DNA of 63,980 bases, filler included, from Olpidium bornovanus S191 (lineage: Eukaryota; Fungi; Olpidiomycota): the NCBI GenBank assembly GCA_017911155.1. It is 24 parts of 24 records of this genome, joined end to end, with 100 filler letters (N's around TTAATTAATTAA, not from the genome) between each part and the next. Parts side by side here need not be neighbours in the genome. Positions count along the whole stretch, not along the records: positions 35,116 to 37,186 come from JAEFCI010004972.1; positions 37,287 to 47,239 come from JAEFCI010003230.1; 22 more parts are not named here. One strand, written 5' to 3'. This document shows positions 35,016 through 47,239 of this stretch, piece after piece. A program made the position numbers and the translations under genes. Below the pieces are notes generated by a model. It ran no database searches. It was not told the origin of the DNA and was given only the letters and a program-made list of their open reading frames with translations. How positions within the stretch are numbered: the stretch's first letter is position 1; each line of letters starts with the position of its first letter.

Positions 35016-35365
35016 NNNNNNNNNNNNNNNNNNNNNNNNNNNNNNNNNNNNNNNNNNNNTTAATTAATTAANNNNNNNNNNNNNNNNNNNNNNNNNNNNN
35101 NNNNNNNNNNNNNNNCATGCCTACCCCGGGGATAAAGCGAGACACTACGGAGACCCGCGTAAGAGACAAGCACCCGGGCTATAACGACATTCCGAAAGTC
35201 ACGTTTCTTTGTACAAAACCAGATGACTTGCAATTGGAATCGTTATACCTTCCGAAGAAGATTACACTCCAAGAAGACCCTTTGTCCTGCGCTTTCCGGC
35301 TCAAAGGCAGGCCGGTCAAAATCATCCAATTTACCTCTTTCCCCGCCTCCCTCCCATACCCCCCT

Positions 35366-35399
<34 letters not shown>

Positions 35400-35832
35400 G
35401 GCCAACATCGCGCTGCCGCCCCGAGGAACACCGCGGGGGCCCCTGAACTCGGCAAGCTCGCGCACGCGCAGAGAAGGACCGCGCCTGCGCCGATTGCTGC
35501 TGTTGCCGCCGCGTTCGACGGGAGACGGCCAGTGCGGAAGGAAGGCACCCGTCGGAGCTCTGCACCGCGGCGGAGGGGAGGACCGTCAGCGGCCTTTCAG
35601 CTCCAAAGCCTGGACACAGGGCGTCATCGTGCTCTCTCTCTCTCTCTCTCTCCCCGCAACGCTCTTTCCCCAGTTTACCAGAGAAGCAATTCAGGCTCGC
35701 GACGGGGAAAGAGTAGGGGGAAAACCCCTCAGCAGCAGCAGGCGTACGCAAGCGTACGCAAGAGAGAGTGTGCGAGGCCCGTGACTTTTGGAATTCGCCC
35801 AGAAGGTTGCCACCGGCACGCAACCGGAAAGA

Positions 35833-37186
35833 ATGGCGGACTCGATATTCACGCTCTACAAGGAGGTCCACCCTCCCACCTGCGTAGACGGGTGCACGCA
35901 GGCACACTTCATGGCACCCGATGCACTCAACCTCATCATCGCGAAAGCGTCGTTGTTGCAAATCTACCTCGTCGTGGAGGAGGAGGCCGTGGCCGAACTA
36001 GCCAATGCCTCTGCCGAAGCGTGGTCTGCCAATGCGTTCGAAGACGCGGAGGAAGAAGACGAGATGGCCGGGATGATTGGCGATGAGGTGGGTCGTCTGC
36101 ACATCAAGTGGATTTGACGAGTGGACTGAGCCTGCTTTATCTGGCTGTCCTCGCTTCTACGCTTTCGGGCGCGTCTCCCCAACTTCGCGAGATAAAAAAA
36201 GTAGCTGGGTTTATTGCGTCGCAAGGGAGCACGCGACGTTGGAATGCTGCGCCGAACCGAGAACGAAAAGTTGCGTTTGCGGTTGGCTTTTGCCACAGTT
36301 GTCGAGAAAACTACGAACGCGTGCGCGTCCGTCGCAGCAGATGTCAGCTTTGGCACCCCTTTTCCTTCAGTTGCGGTAGTGCGTACTCCCGGACATGTAC
36401 TCAATCTGAATTATTTGTTGAGAATAAACCGCCGACATCAATCAACCCTTCCATACTTCCAAGGAGCATGATCAGTCTGATGTGTTACATGGAAACTTCC
36501 GTGTTGGATGCCAGGCCCATTGGCTTACATGAATTCGCCACTCGGTATCAACCTCACTCCCGCGCGCGCACCGCCTATCAGACATTACCGTGCCCGACAT
36601 TGCGGCCGTCGACGAAGGCTGTGACCAAAGTGGCGAAGCTGGAACTTGTTGCACAATACCGGCTTCATGGGGTTATAGCCGGAATGGAAACGATCCAGAC
36701 AAATACACCTGGAATGCCGAAGGGGCAGGAGAGTCTGATCCTGACATTCAAAGACGCGAAGGGACGCTAAATTTTGTGTAGTGTGCGCGCGGGCCGTTTT
36801 CCGGGCTCTCATTCGATGAAACCTCCATTTGAAAGATGTCGCTGCTCGAATGGTCGTCTTCCACGAACAGCCTTGTTACGGTGTCAATTCATTACTACGA
36901 AAAAGAGGAGTACATGGTGAGCGTCGATCGCTACCACCGTGGTATAGTCACCAGATGCTGATGCTGATGCATCTGGTAACTATGCTAAGGCGATCAACAA
37001 CACCCGATCAGCAACATTGACAGTCATCAAAACCAACTGCCCAATAATCCATTATAGCGGGAATTCATGTCAAATACGTGTCCAACGGATGTGCGGGTCG
37101 ATCCGCAAGGTCGTTGTGCTGTGATGCACTTTTACGGCGACCGCCTGGCAATTCTTCCATTTAAGCAAGAGGAGGCTGTTCACCTC
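35833..37186 (+). CDS. CFT1: CPSF160/Cft1 cleavage and polyadenylation factor, N-terminal exons, 3' truncated
   Basis: TLYKEVHPPTCVD...NLIIAKASLLQIY, KLELVAQYRLHGVI, LILTFKDAK, MSLLEWS...LVTVSIHYYE and VRVDPQGRCAVMHFYGDRLAILPF. Confidence 0.93.
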
Positions 37187-37286
37187 NNNNNNNNNNNNNN
37201 NNNNNNNNNNNNNNNNNNNNNNNNNNNNNNTTAATTAATTAANNNNNNNNNNNNNNNNNNNNNNNNNNNNNNNNNNNNNNNNNNNN

Positions 37287-37615
37287 AAAAAAAAACAAAA
37301 AAAAACAAAAAAAAACCAAAAAAAAAACAAAAAAACAAAAAAAAATTAAAAAAAAACAAAAAACAACAAAAACGAAAAATTAAAAAGAACAAAAACAAAA
37401 AACAAAAAATCCAAAACAAAAAAAACCAAAACCAAAAAAACCGAAAAACAAAAAAAAACAAAAAAACAACAAAATAACAATAAACAAAAAACAAAATAAT
37501 AAAAAACAAAAAAAAACCAATATAAAGAATAAAAAACAAAAAACAAAAATAAAACAAAAAGCGAAAATCATACAAAAAAAACAAGAATAAACAAGAAAAA
37601 AATTAAAATCCAAAA
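37287..37615. repeat. A-rich low-complexity tract at contig start
   Basis: Almost entirely A with interspersed C; likely poorly resolved sequence. Confidence 0.85.
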
Positions 37616-38319
37616 AAGATTGGAGGGCCGAATTGGCCTCCGGCGTCGAGGGCAGGAGCAAGCGCAGTCAAAAAGAGGAGAGAATAAGCTGTACCGGTGC
37701 TCTTCGGCCGTGCGTCGGATTCGCCCAGTTGCCGGAGCCGCTGGTAGCGCCAAGCGATCGTCATCTTCTCGCGCTCCCCGTTTTGTTCGCGCCCGCATTC
37801 CCCGGGTTCCTCCCCCTCCTCTTCCTCCTCTTCTGGCGTCCCGGCAGACCGCGGCGCCGCCGACGGGTCGCCGGCCAGCCAGGGCGCGCCGCGGAGGAGG
37901 AGCTCGGGCGGGACGTCGGCGGAGGTCACGCAGAGGGCGTGTCCCAGGCTGAGGCCCTGGGCGAGAAAGTAGGCGAGCAGGAGGCGCGAGTAGGCCGTGC
38001 GACGGTCCTCGAGGACGAGCATCACCGCGCCGACGGGGAGGCCGCCGCCCAGCAGGTCGTCCAGGGAAGGGACGCCGGTGGAGACCAGCGGCTGGCCGTT
38101 GTGCGCAGAGAGCCGCTCGCCCGGCGCCAGCGTAGCGGCCGGGCGAGCCGCGCCTCCGGCGGCGGTCTTCTCGGCATCTGCTGCTGCCGCCGCTGGTGGT
38201 GCTTCTGCTGTTTCAAGCGCCCCTCCGTCCCCGGCGCGCAACGCGCTGCCCCCCCGTGCGGCCGCCTTCCTCGCCTGCGCTGTGCTCACGTTCTTCCGAA
38301 ACGACGACGGCGACGCCAT
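37603..38319 (-). CDS. ELP4: Elongator subunit Elp4, N-terminal part
   Basis: HNGQPLVSTGVPSLDDLLGGGLPVGAVMLVLEDRRTAYSRLLLAYFLAQG and KMTIAWRYQRL are Elp4/PAXNEB motifs. Confidence 0.93.
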   Translation of the reverse strand: MASPSSFRKNVSTAQARKAAARGGSALRAGDGGALETAEAPPAAAAADAEKTAAGGAARPAATLAPGERLSAHNGQPLVSTGVPSLDDLLGGGLPVGAVMLVLEDRRTAYSRLLLAYFLAQGLSLGHALCVTSADVPPELLLRGAPWLAGDPSAAPRSAGTPEEEEEEGEEPGECGREQNGEREKMTIAWRYQRLRQLGESDARPKSTGTAYSLLFLTALAPALDAGGQFGPPIFFGF

Positions 38320-38545
38320 TCCTCTTGGCCGTTGCCTTGCAGTGTTCCCCAAAAAAAAAAACTTTTGTCTTGTTTTGCTCGTGAGTAAAACTCTAATTTT
38401 TTTTTTTTCGCGAGGCGGGATTGACGCAGCAGAATCTTGTCATTCCCGCGGGCGAAGCGGAGCTGGACAAACGATGCGGCCTCGCCAGTCCCGACGTCCT
38501 CCGCCGATGTCGTAAGTCGCCTTAGGATCCTTTCCGTAGTCGCGC

Positions 38546-39260
38546 TCACCGCTCGGAACCACTGTAAATGTATGGGAGAATGTGGTGAAGAATGTGCGGG
38601 GGGGCGGAGAGTGTGTCTGGTGCACCCTCAGTGGTCAACTCGCTACCATAACTCCGCAAGCTGGCCCGTCCACGCGGTGGTCGTCCGAAGACCCGGCCGT
38701 CGGCAAACTGAATCTGATCGTTCACAACCGCCAAGCCTCGCCGAATGTTGCCGAATAGGGTGAAACATTTCCGCAATATGCGGCCGGTTTGGTCGCAGTG
38801 AACACAATTGCTCGGTCTCTGAATTGTTGGCGGCAACCGGACCGGCGGAGCACTTCCCCCAACTTAAATTAGGCAGCTTCTCAAGAGGCATGTTGCCCAT
38901 ATTCCTTATTTCCTGACGAAGCGATGCCTTCCAAGTCCTTGGTCAATGATATCTTTCAAAACCTTTTTTTTTGGTTCCGCTGACTGCACCTCTATGTCCT
39001 TGTCCGTCCTCCTCCTCATGCCGACGAGCATGACGCGGCACCACTTCCCAATCCTGCTTGTAATCGTCGACGTCTCGCATAAGATCTACTTTAATTTTCG
39101 ACTCCCAAGACTTTCGCAAGACATCTAACGATAATGTAGTACATTTCAATACCGATCGACGATCTGGCAAACTCAGCTCATCCAGCTGTCTCTCTTTGAG
39201 AAGTATTTCCTCCGAATTTCCTTCCTTTTCGGAGGTCACCAAATCGCGAACACATTGTTC
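38546..39260 (-). mobile_element. Decayed gypsy-type gag region with a degenerate zinc knuckle
   Basis: CVHCDQTGRILRKCFTLFGNIRRGLAVVNDQIQFADG resembles the knuckle-plus-tail of fungal gypsy gags. The frames are broken. Confidence 0.4.
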
Positions 39261-40148
39261 AGCGGCCGTCCGGGTTTGGTCTTGAACTTAAAAGATGGTC
39301 TTCAACTGGACTAGACTAGACTAGACTAGACTAGACATCAGCTTTGCCGTGCATCGTCTCGCTACATCCAGTGCGTATCCTTCGGCCTCACACCTCACTG
39401 CTGCCAAGCGCATCTTGCTCTACTTCAACGCAACCAATGCATATGTAATCTCATTTGGGCGATGGGGACCACGAACATTTAAGACCACATGTGTGCACAT
39501 CGGAGAAATCGCTGCAGGGTTATGTTGACTCGGAGTTGGTGTCAGACCACCAAAGTTTGCCCATTGTAAACCGGCAACGTGTTTACTTTGGTCCGTGGGA
39601 CAATTCATTGGCGCCCCGTTAAACAACGCAGAATCAGGTTCTCGTGTACAGAGGCGAAATTATCGCCTCCTCGGAGGCCGCTAGCGACGCCATATGGATA
39701 TCCGCCGTCGCCAAGTAGATGGACATTATCGGCAACGGCGAATGCATTCCAATATTCGTTGGTAATTCTAGCGATAAGTGCTAAGCTGCCGGCAGAGCGC
39801 GCAAATTAATCCCGCTCGTAGCAAGCACATCAATACGGACGTTAAGTCGTCAAAGACGGCATAATCGAAGTGTATCGCGTCCTCCTCATTTGCCAGACCT
39901 CGCACGTCCGGAACGTACCCGCCCTCATTCTGCGAGCTCTGTTTCCTTGTTTTTTTCGCGCTTGGCCCCGCTTTACCGTCTTTCCGCGCTTGGCCCAATC
40001 TTTTTCCCAGCCTGTCTTTCCGTTCCCTCGGTTGGTTCGGCGAACCCCCGACCTTGGATGGGCGCTCTCTCTCTCTCTCTCTCTTCCGGAAGGCGCAAAA
40101 CCTGCGAGGAAAAAGATAGAACACCCTTTCTCTCTCTCTCTCCGTCTT

Positions 40149-40195
<47 letters not shown>

Positions 40196-40369
40196 TTTCC
40201 GGCCGTCGTGCGGAGGAGAGAGAGAGAGATAAAGCGCCATTTCGGGCCTTGAAAGAAGCTCACGGGTCCCTCGCCCTCTTCTCGCCCGCCGGAGAAGAAA
40301 AAACCAGAAACCGAACCGGCCGTTCCCGACCGCCCTGGTGACCGCGCCTTCCCGCCCGCCGTCGTCGGC

Positions 40370-43061
40370 ATGTCCGTGCCGCCGCGAGACGCCGCTGGCG
40401 CCTCCGGAGCCCCGCCCCAGGCGCCGCCGGCGTTGCAGGGGGAGCAGTGTCGTCGCGGCGAAGAGACGCCGCCGGGCGCGCGGCCGAATGAACAACAGCA
40501 CGACGCTCTCGAGCACGACCGCCCGCTCCGTGGCCGGCTCCTGGAGCTCGCGCGGCGCGTCCAGGAGAACGATCTGGACGACTGGAGGCGGGGTGTGGCC
40601 GCCGGGTCGGGCGGCGGCGGCGGCGGTGGCGTCAACGGGGTTGCGCCGGCGGGAGAAGCGGCGGAGCTCGTCCTCCGGCTTGCGGACCTGGTCAACGAGA
40701 ACGACGGCGGCCGCGCGCCCCGCGTCCGGCTGCGCGAGTTGGGGCTGAACGTCACCGGAAACTCGCGCAGGATACGCGAACGGTGGACCAAGTTCAAGGA
40801 GAGGGTGCAGCAGGAAGCCGCCGCAGCAGCGAGAGTTGCGGCCGCGCCCGTCCGAACTGCGCCGGGCGCCGAGCACCGGAAGTCCGAAGGCGGCGACGCC
40901 GCTGCGGAAGGCGCTGACGGGGCCAAAAAAGTTTGCCGGCACCGCGCCCAGAGTCCCGGCGGCAGTGGGGTCGAGACCTTTCCGGTTTCCAGGCTAACGA
41001 CGCTTGCGAACCTTATCGAGGACGACAGCCGGCCGCCGCGCACGCGTTTGCGCGAACTGGATCTGAACGACCACGGGAGGTCAGGGAGGGTTCGGGAACG
41101 GTGGACGGCCTTTCAGACCGACGTGAGGCGTGCCGCCGAGCTGGCCAGGTTGTACGAGGCCGCTGGCGGGCGCCCGGCCCAGGGAGACGAGCCGAGCTCC
41201 TCGGGTGGTGGTACCGACGAAGAGGGAGAGGCTCAAGGGGCGAGCGGCGAGAGCTTTACGCTTGCGGGAGGCGAGGGGAGTTGCGTCGTCACTGCCCGCG
41301 GTGCGCTGGCGACCGCCCTCCGAAACGTGTCTAGGATCGGCGAGCTGCGATTCGTCCGTTTTCCCCCGACGGCCGAATGCCGGGACGTGTCGACTCTCGT
41401 CTTGGACCTGGCGGAAATCATTGGCGACGACGGCAGGACGGCGCGCGACCGGCTGGAGGAGCTCGGACTGTGCGCGAACGGGAGGTCTGATAGGGTGAAA
41501 GAACGGTGGCTGAAATTCCAGCGGCACGTCCTGGAGGAGGCGGCGAAAATCCGCCGGGAGTGCGCCGCGGACGACGAGGGCGGCGCCGCGTTGAGGGACG
41601 AGTCTTCCAGAGAGCAAGACGCCGGGACCGTCGAGGACGGAGGGGGGAAACTAGCGCCGCGCGCGCGGTTGCGGGAGCTGGGCGTGAACGGCACGGGACA
41701 GGCGTGGAAGAACAGGCTGCAAGAACAACGGGCGGACGGCGGGCGGCCCGGCGGCGGGGAGAGAAGGGAACGAGGAGAAGGCGCCTCGTCGTCGGAGCCG
41801 GAGGCGGAGCGCGCGGTCCCGCTCCTCTCCCGAGACCCGCGGGCGCAAAGCGAGAGCGTCGATGCTTCGCAGGTCTGCGAACGCTGGAGGACGTATCAGG
41901 CGAGCGTCGCCGACGAGGACGCGGCCGCCGCGGGCGGCGCCGCGCCCGCTCGGGCGCGGCTCGCGGAGCCTGGCCTCAACTCGAACGGGAGCGGCAGGGA
42001 AGTGCGCGTTCGCCTGGCCGGCGGCGGCGTCACGCCGCCCGGCCCTTTGTTCGATTATTATCTGTGCCTCGACGTCGAAAGCACGTGCGAAAGCGAACGG
42101 AACTGGAAGTATCTAAACGAGATAATCGAATGGCCCGTCGTGATGGTCGATGCCAAGATCTTCGAAACGGTACGGGAGCTCGAGTCAACGCCCGGCCTGG
42201 TCTTCTTCGCACTGTCTTTTTCTTGGCCGGGCCCGTGTCTCGGGAGCAGGTGTTAGCTTTTTTTTTGTGACATCGGCGCGTCGTTTCTGCAGGTTGATAC
42301 GTTTCACTCCTTCGTGCAGCCCACGGTGAAAAAGAACATATCGGAGTTCTGCAGCGAGCTTACCGGCATTGATCAGGTGTGCAGCGCCCGTCTCCTCGTC
42401 GTCGCAAACACATGCAATGCACCGGGTCCTAGAACCAGAAGGGCGGCGGTCGTGACATAACATCCCCTCCCCGTTGCCCGCCCGTTAGGCAACGGTCGAC
42501 ACCGCGCCGCTGTTCGGCGAGGTGATGAAAGAGTTCGAACGCTGGCTCCGCGGCCACAACCTGGTCCTTCCCGGAGAAGTACGCGAGGGCGACGCGGGCG
42601 GCCGCCCTCCTCCGCGGAGGGCCGTCTTTGTCACCGACGGGCCCTGGGACCTGCGGGACCACGTGCGCAAAACGATGAAGCTCAATCCCGACATCCCGAA
42701 GGGCGCGTTGGGGTTCCTGTCGGGCCCCGCGGTGGACGTCCGCGAGCTGTTCCGGCTGGCGAGACCCGCCCCCTCGGCCTCCTCCTCCTCCTCGTCCCGC
42801 CCGCGCCTTTCAGCGGTCTGCGGCGGCTCGGGCTCGGGCCCTACTCTGGCCGGCATGCTCCGCGAGCTCGGGCTGACGTTTCAGGGGAGGCCGCACAGCG
42901 GGCTGGCCGACGCGCGCAACGTCGCGAGGGTCCTGGAGGGGCTGGCCCGCGCCGCCGACGGAGGAGAGGGAGGGGCTTTGTCCGGCGAGAGGCTTGCCGC
43001 CGCCGCCGTCGCCGCCGCCGAGCGAGAAGCGTTCCGGCTCGGTGCCGTCGGCGGAGGGTGA
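40370..43061 (+). CDS. ERI1-type DEDDh 3'-5' exonuclease with tandem N-terminal SAP-like repeats; exons 40370-42169, 42293-42376 and 42489-43061
   Basis: FDYYLCLDVESTC...NEIIEWPVV, FHSFVQP, ISEFCSELTGIDQ, VDTAPLFGEV, FVTDGPWDL and GLTFQGRPHSGLADARN, joined by GT-AG introns. The motif RLRELGLNxxGxxxRxRERW is repeated in the N-terminus. Confidence 0.9.
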
Positions 43062-43822
43062 AATGGCCCCCCCCTCCCCGTATTCGTATCCCCTTGTCGC
43101 CAGTCGCCGAGCGGCGGAAAAAGCGGGGGCCGGCCGTCCGCGGCGGGGCCCCCGCGAAAAAAAAAAATGAGAGAGAGAGAAAGGCCGAGGCTTCCACCCG
43201 GGCGGGAAGGCCGGTCTCAGGCGTTTTCGTCACTGTCCTTTTTTTGACGATCCCGATAAAAAGAACCGCCCATTCCCCTACCCTCTTCGCGGGGGATATC
43301 CCTATTCCCTCCGGCTTTTTGTGAGCGCCGGCCCCCCTCCCCCCCTCTCCCCCATCTTCCACCTCTAGATCTAGGGGTAGATGCCGCCGCAGAGGGCATT
43401 TGGGTCTTGCGAACCGGCCGCGGGTCTGGGCCACGCGCGAGCGAGTATGCTCCCTCTTGTTGCGCTCGGCTGCTAACCCGCCGAGGCCCCCCCCCCCCGG
43501 CGGGTCACCGCTTTCCCCGTCGTTCGGGAGCGGTAGCGGGCTTTCTGACTTTTCTTTTTTTGATCTTTTTTTTCCCCCCACGCCTCGCCCCCCCACGGTT
43601 ACGGTAAAACGAGCTCGCGGGCGCGTGGGGTCGTGGCCGCCCCGGCACGCGTTCCAGCGTCCCCCCCCCCCCACGCAGCGGACGCGTCCCCGCCTTTTTT
43701 TTCACCCTCTTCCCCGGCTTCCCCCTGCTCCGCTCGCCTCCCCTGACCGGCGCGTAAACGGCGGGGAAGGGGGGGGGGGGGGGGCGCCCCCCCAAAAAAA
43801 AAAAAAAAAAAAAAAAAAAAAA

Positions 43823-43893
<71 letters not shown>

Positions 43894-45372
43894 CCCGGCC
43901 GCTCTTCCTGCCACATCTCTTCCCCGTCTGCTTTCTCCTCCCGACACGTCCCTTTTCCTGCCGGACGGAGGGGAACGGCGAGAATGGCGGAACGGAGAGG
44001 ACAGAGAAAGGAGGAGAGAGAGAGCGGGAGGGAGAGTACCTCCTCATCTTCTCCCACCGGCGCGGAGACGGGGTCCCCGCTTTTCCGACGTCGGGGGTTT
44101 GACGGCGACGGGGTACTTGGATTCCACAACGTCGGCCCGTGTCTTTCTGCCTCGTCGCTCACAGCGCGGCGGGCGAATGCCCCCCATTGACCCTCTGGGG
44201 CATACGGCCTTATTTTGTGCCGCCCCGGCCGTCCGGCTGGTCACGGGTCCCCGTCGCAGCGAAAGAGCTGGCGGCAGCCGGCAAGCTGGGGGGAGGGGCC
44301 AGCGGTGATGGTAGACGGGGGACGCTGGTCGGGTTGGACGGACGCAGGTCCTCAAACGGCGACCCAGTGGGAACGGGGCTGCTCAGACGCGTTATACACG
44401 TCGCCGCAGCTCGCGGAGAGGAGTAAACGTCGGATTGCGACGTGGTTTTTCTCCCCGTGTCCGTAGCAAACAAATCACGCCAACCTTGGTGCTTTTTTTC
44501 GTCAACTCAAAAGACCCACTTGTTCACCCGCATAGAGAGAGGAAAAAAAGTAAAAAAATACACAAAGGAATTTTCGCGCTCGTTCTGGTTTGCGCCGTGT
44601 CAACCAGAAACTCTTTCCGCGCGGCGTCGACTGGCTGACCTCGCGTATTTTTTTCAACGAGATTGTCCGACCCCCCATCTACCCTCCCTGCAGGAAGTCG
44701 AGCAGAGGGCGGGCGGGCGAGGTCGGAAGGGGAACATTCCTGGAAATTGCGTAGCCGCCGAGATTTTGACGGCGGGGCTACTTGTTGTTGTTGACACGCG
44801 CGGGCGCAAATTAAATAGCCTCCACTGGACCGAAAAAAAAAAATGCGCGAAAACCAAAAAAAAAGGAGTGCCGAGACTTCTCCGGGTTTGTGTGTTGGCA
44901 GTTTTTGCGCCACGGCAAGCACCCCGTTGAGCGTCCGCCTTGATTAGCTGATTTTGGATACAACCCGCACGCCGGCGGGAGTCAGGGAAAAAAAAAGAGG
45001 GAAAAAAAAAGATGAAAAAGAAGGAAAATGTAAACGCGCGTCGTCAAAAAAACATAGCAAAAAAAAAAAAAAGGAAAAAAAAAGAAAAAGAAAAGACAGA
45101 AAAGGAAGTATGGAAGGAAGGATGGAAGGAACGATGAAGTACGCAGGCGTGTGAGGTCAAGGTAAACCAACCAGGAGAGAGCGGGGTGGTTAGGGTAGGA
45201 TCAAGGTCGGGTGTGGTTCAGAAAAAAGCGAGAAGAAAATAACGTAGAAAAGCTCTCGTTGAATTGTTTTTAGGTTTGTTTTGCTTTTTTATTTTTATTT
45301 TCGTTTTATTTTATTTTATTTTCTTTTCGTTTTCCCGCGAAACGCAGACTGTTTCCGAGGGCCGGGCCCGGA

Positions 45373-47239
45373 TCAGAACACCGTCGGCACCCCGTCGCGG
45401 TGCGCCGCGTCCACCATCCAGGTGACCGCGGCGCCGCGGCGCCTCGCCTCCTCTTCGTACGTCTTCAGGTATGACCAGCCTTCCGCTGCCGCGGCCGCCT
45501 CCGCGCCGCAGGCCGCCTCCCAGCCGGCGCCGCCGAACGGCTCCATGACGGCGTCGGAGGCGACCAGCAGGGTCTTGCACCGCGCCCGGGTGACGGCCAC
45601 GTGCAGCCGGCGGACGTTGTACAGGAACGCGCGCTCGCGGGCGACCGCGTCCGCGTCCAGCGCGCCGAGGCAGACGAACGCGACCTCCGCCTGCCGCCCC
45701 TGGGCCCGCTCGACCGTGTCGACCGCGATCGCGCCCGCCTCCAGCGCCGAACGCGTCGCCCGGCGCCGACCCAGCGCGGCCCGCACCGCGAGCCTTTGAA
45801 CGTGGTGCGGCGTCACCACGAACAGCTGCACAGCCTGCCGTTCGCCGCCGTCCGCCGTCCGGCGTTTCGAATCTGGAGCCCGTCCGCAGCTGTCGCGCGT
45901 CCTCTCGCCCGACGCGGAAGCGCCGCCGGCCGGCTGTCGGGGGTCGAAGCGTCCGTCCTCCTCCTGTTCGTGATCCTTCGGCCGCCGCTCCGGAACCGAA
46001 GATGACGGCGGCGCGGCCTCCCCGTCGAGCGAAAGGTCGGCGATCCTCTCCGCGAGGGACGCGGCCGCCGCGCCGAGACCGCCTTGCTCATCCTCCTCCT
46101 CCTTCTCCCCGACGTCCGGACCCTCGTCGCCGAAAAGGACGGCCGCGAGCCGCGCGACAACCGCCGCCTCCAGCCTCGCCAACAGGTGGACAGGCGTCGC
46201 ATTCGGGCGGCGCCGCACAGTTTGGCCCCCGGACCCGCCGCCTCGGTCCACGCCCGCGAGCGACAGGCGGAGCATCGCGACGGCGGTTTCGGGGCGGAGC
46301 AGGCGGCGCGTCTCGCGGACTTTCCCGCGGAACGACAAGAGGCGCAGCGAGCGCTCCGACAGCGGCCACGCCCGAAGGTCAGGGTTCACCGTTCGAAACG
46401 CGCGCCCGTACGTGGTCCGCTGCGCGAGCTCGCCGAGGTCCCGGTTCATGCGGAAGTTCTCCGCGAGGACGACGGTGCACGGCCCCGGGGCGGCTGCTCC
46501 GTCGTCGTCCGCGTCCGGCTCGTGCGGAACCGAGGGGTCCGGCAACAGCAACAGGGCGCGCCGATCGACCCTTTCTCCCTCATCGTTGCGCATCAATGCG
46601 GCGAGGACGGATCCCGGCGCGTGTACGGCGCGAGGATCCCGCGGCAGAGGGTACTCTTCGGCTGCCAGCGGTCCCAGCTGCGTCGGATCTCCGGCGACGA
46701 GGATCCTTCCGCGGCTCCGATGCACCGCGTCTATCGCTATCGCAGCGTCGGCGAGCGGGAGCTGGCTGCCCTCGTTGATGATCAGCAAATCGACGGCTTC
46801 GACAACGTCATTCTTGATCTTGCGCGCCTGCCACACCGTCGCCGCAATAACCCACACTCTCGGCGCCGAAGTGCGGTGCGCGTTGGCCTTGCTCCTGGCC
46901 CACGCGCGGAAATTGGCGGCCGTCTGCTCAATCACAGGGGGACGCCACGATCCCGCGACACTGGAGACCAGGCGGACAAACTCGAAATCCAGAAGGCGGC
47001 GGCAAAGACTCACCGTGCGCCGCAAAACGGTGTCTATCGCGGCGTTGGTGAAGCCCGTAATCAGTATCACGAACGGTTTACTACTGCGGCTTCGCGGAGA
47101 TCGGCGGACGGCGCCGGATGACCAGCACAGCGCGAGCAGGGCCAACGTGTGCGTTTTGCCGCTGCCCGCCGGTCCCCAGATCACACAGAGCCGTCCGCGC
47201 CAAAGCTGTTCCCACGCCCGCAATTGCGACGGCGTCATG
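45373..47239 (-). CDS. Superfamily-1 helicase (Upf1/Dna2-like), intronless, 5' truncated
   Basis: WGPAGSGKT, GFTNAAID, LLIINEGSQ, VAGDPTQLGP, ENFRMN, VVTPHHVQR, VDTVERAQGRQA and RRLHVAVTRAR. Confidence 0.92.

Noticed and set aside
35116-35345. Possible spliced exons HAYPGDKARHYGDP / DLQLESLYLPKKITLQEDP upstream of CFT1
   Set aside because: A GTAAG..CAG intron is plausible, but I could not assign a family or complete the gene, so it is not called.
39308-39336. (CTAGA)n pentamer run as a functional element
   Set aside because: It is a short microsatellite within decayed TE-like sequence.
43790-43895. Poly-K/poly-F/poly-G/poly-P ORFs (also at about 80-150, 10677-10790, 30310-30410, 33880-33975 and 37287-37615)
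   Set aside because: These are translations of homopolymer or low-complexity tracts, mostly in introns or at contig ends, and are likely mis-sized by assembly.
9630-47239. An RNA-silencing gene cluster of RNase III-like + ERI1-like + helicase
   Set aside because: The RNase III gene is on a different contig. Co-occurrence in this window results from artificial concatenation.
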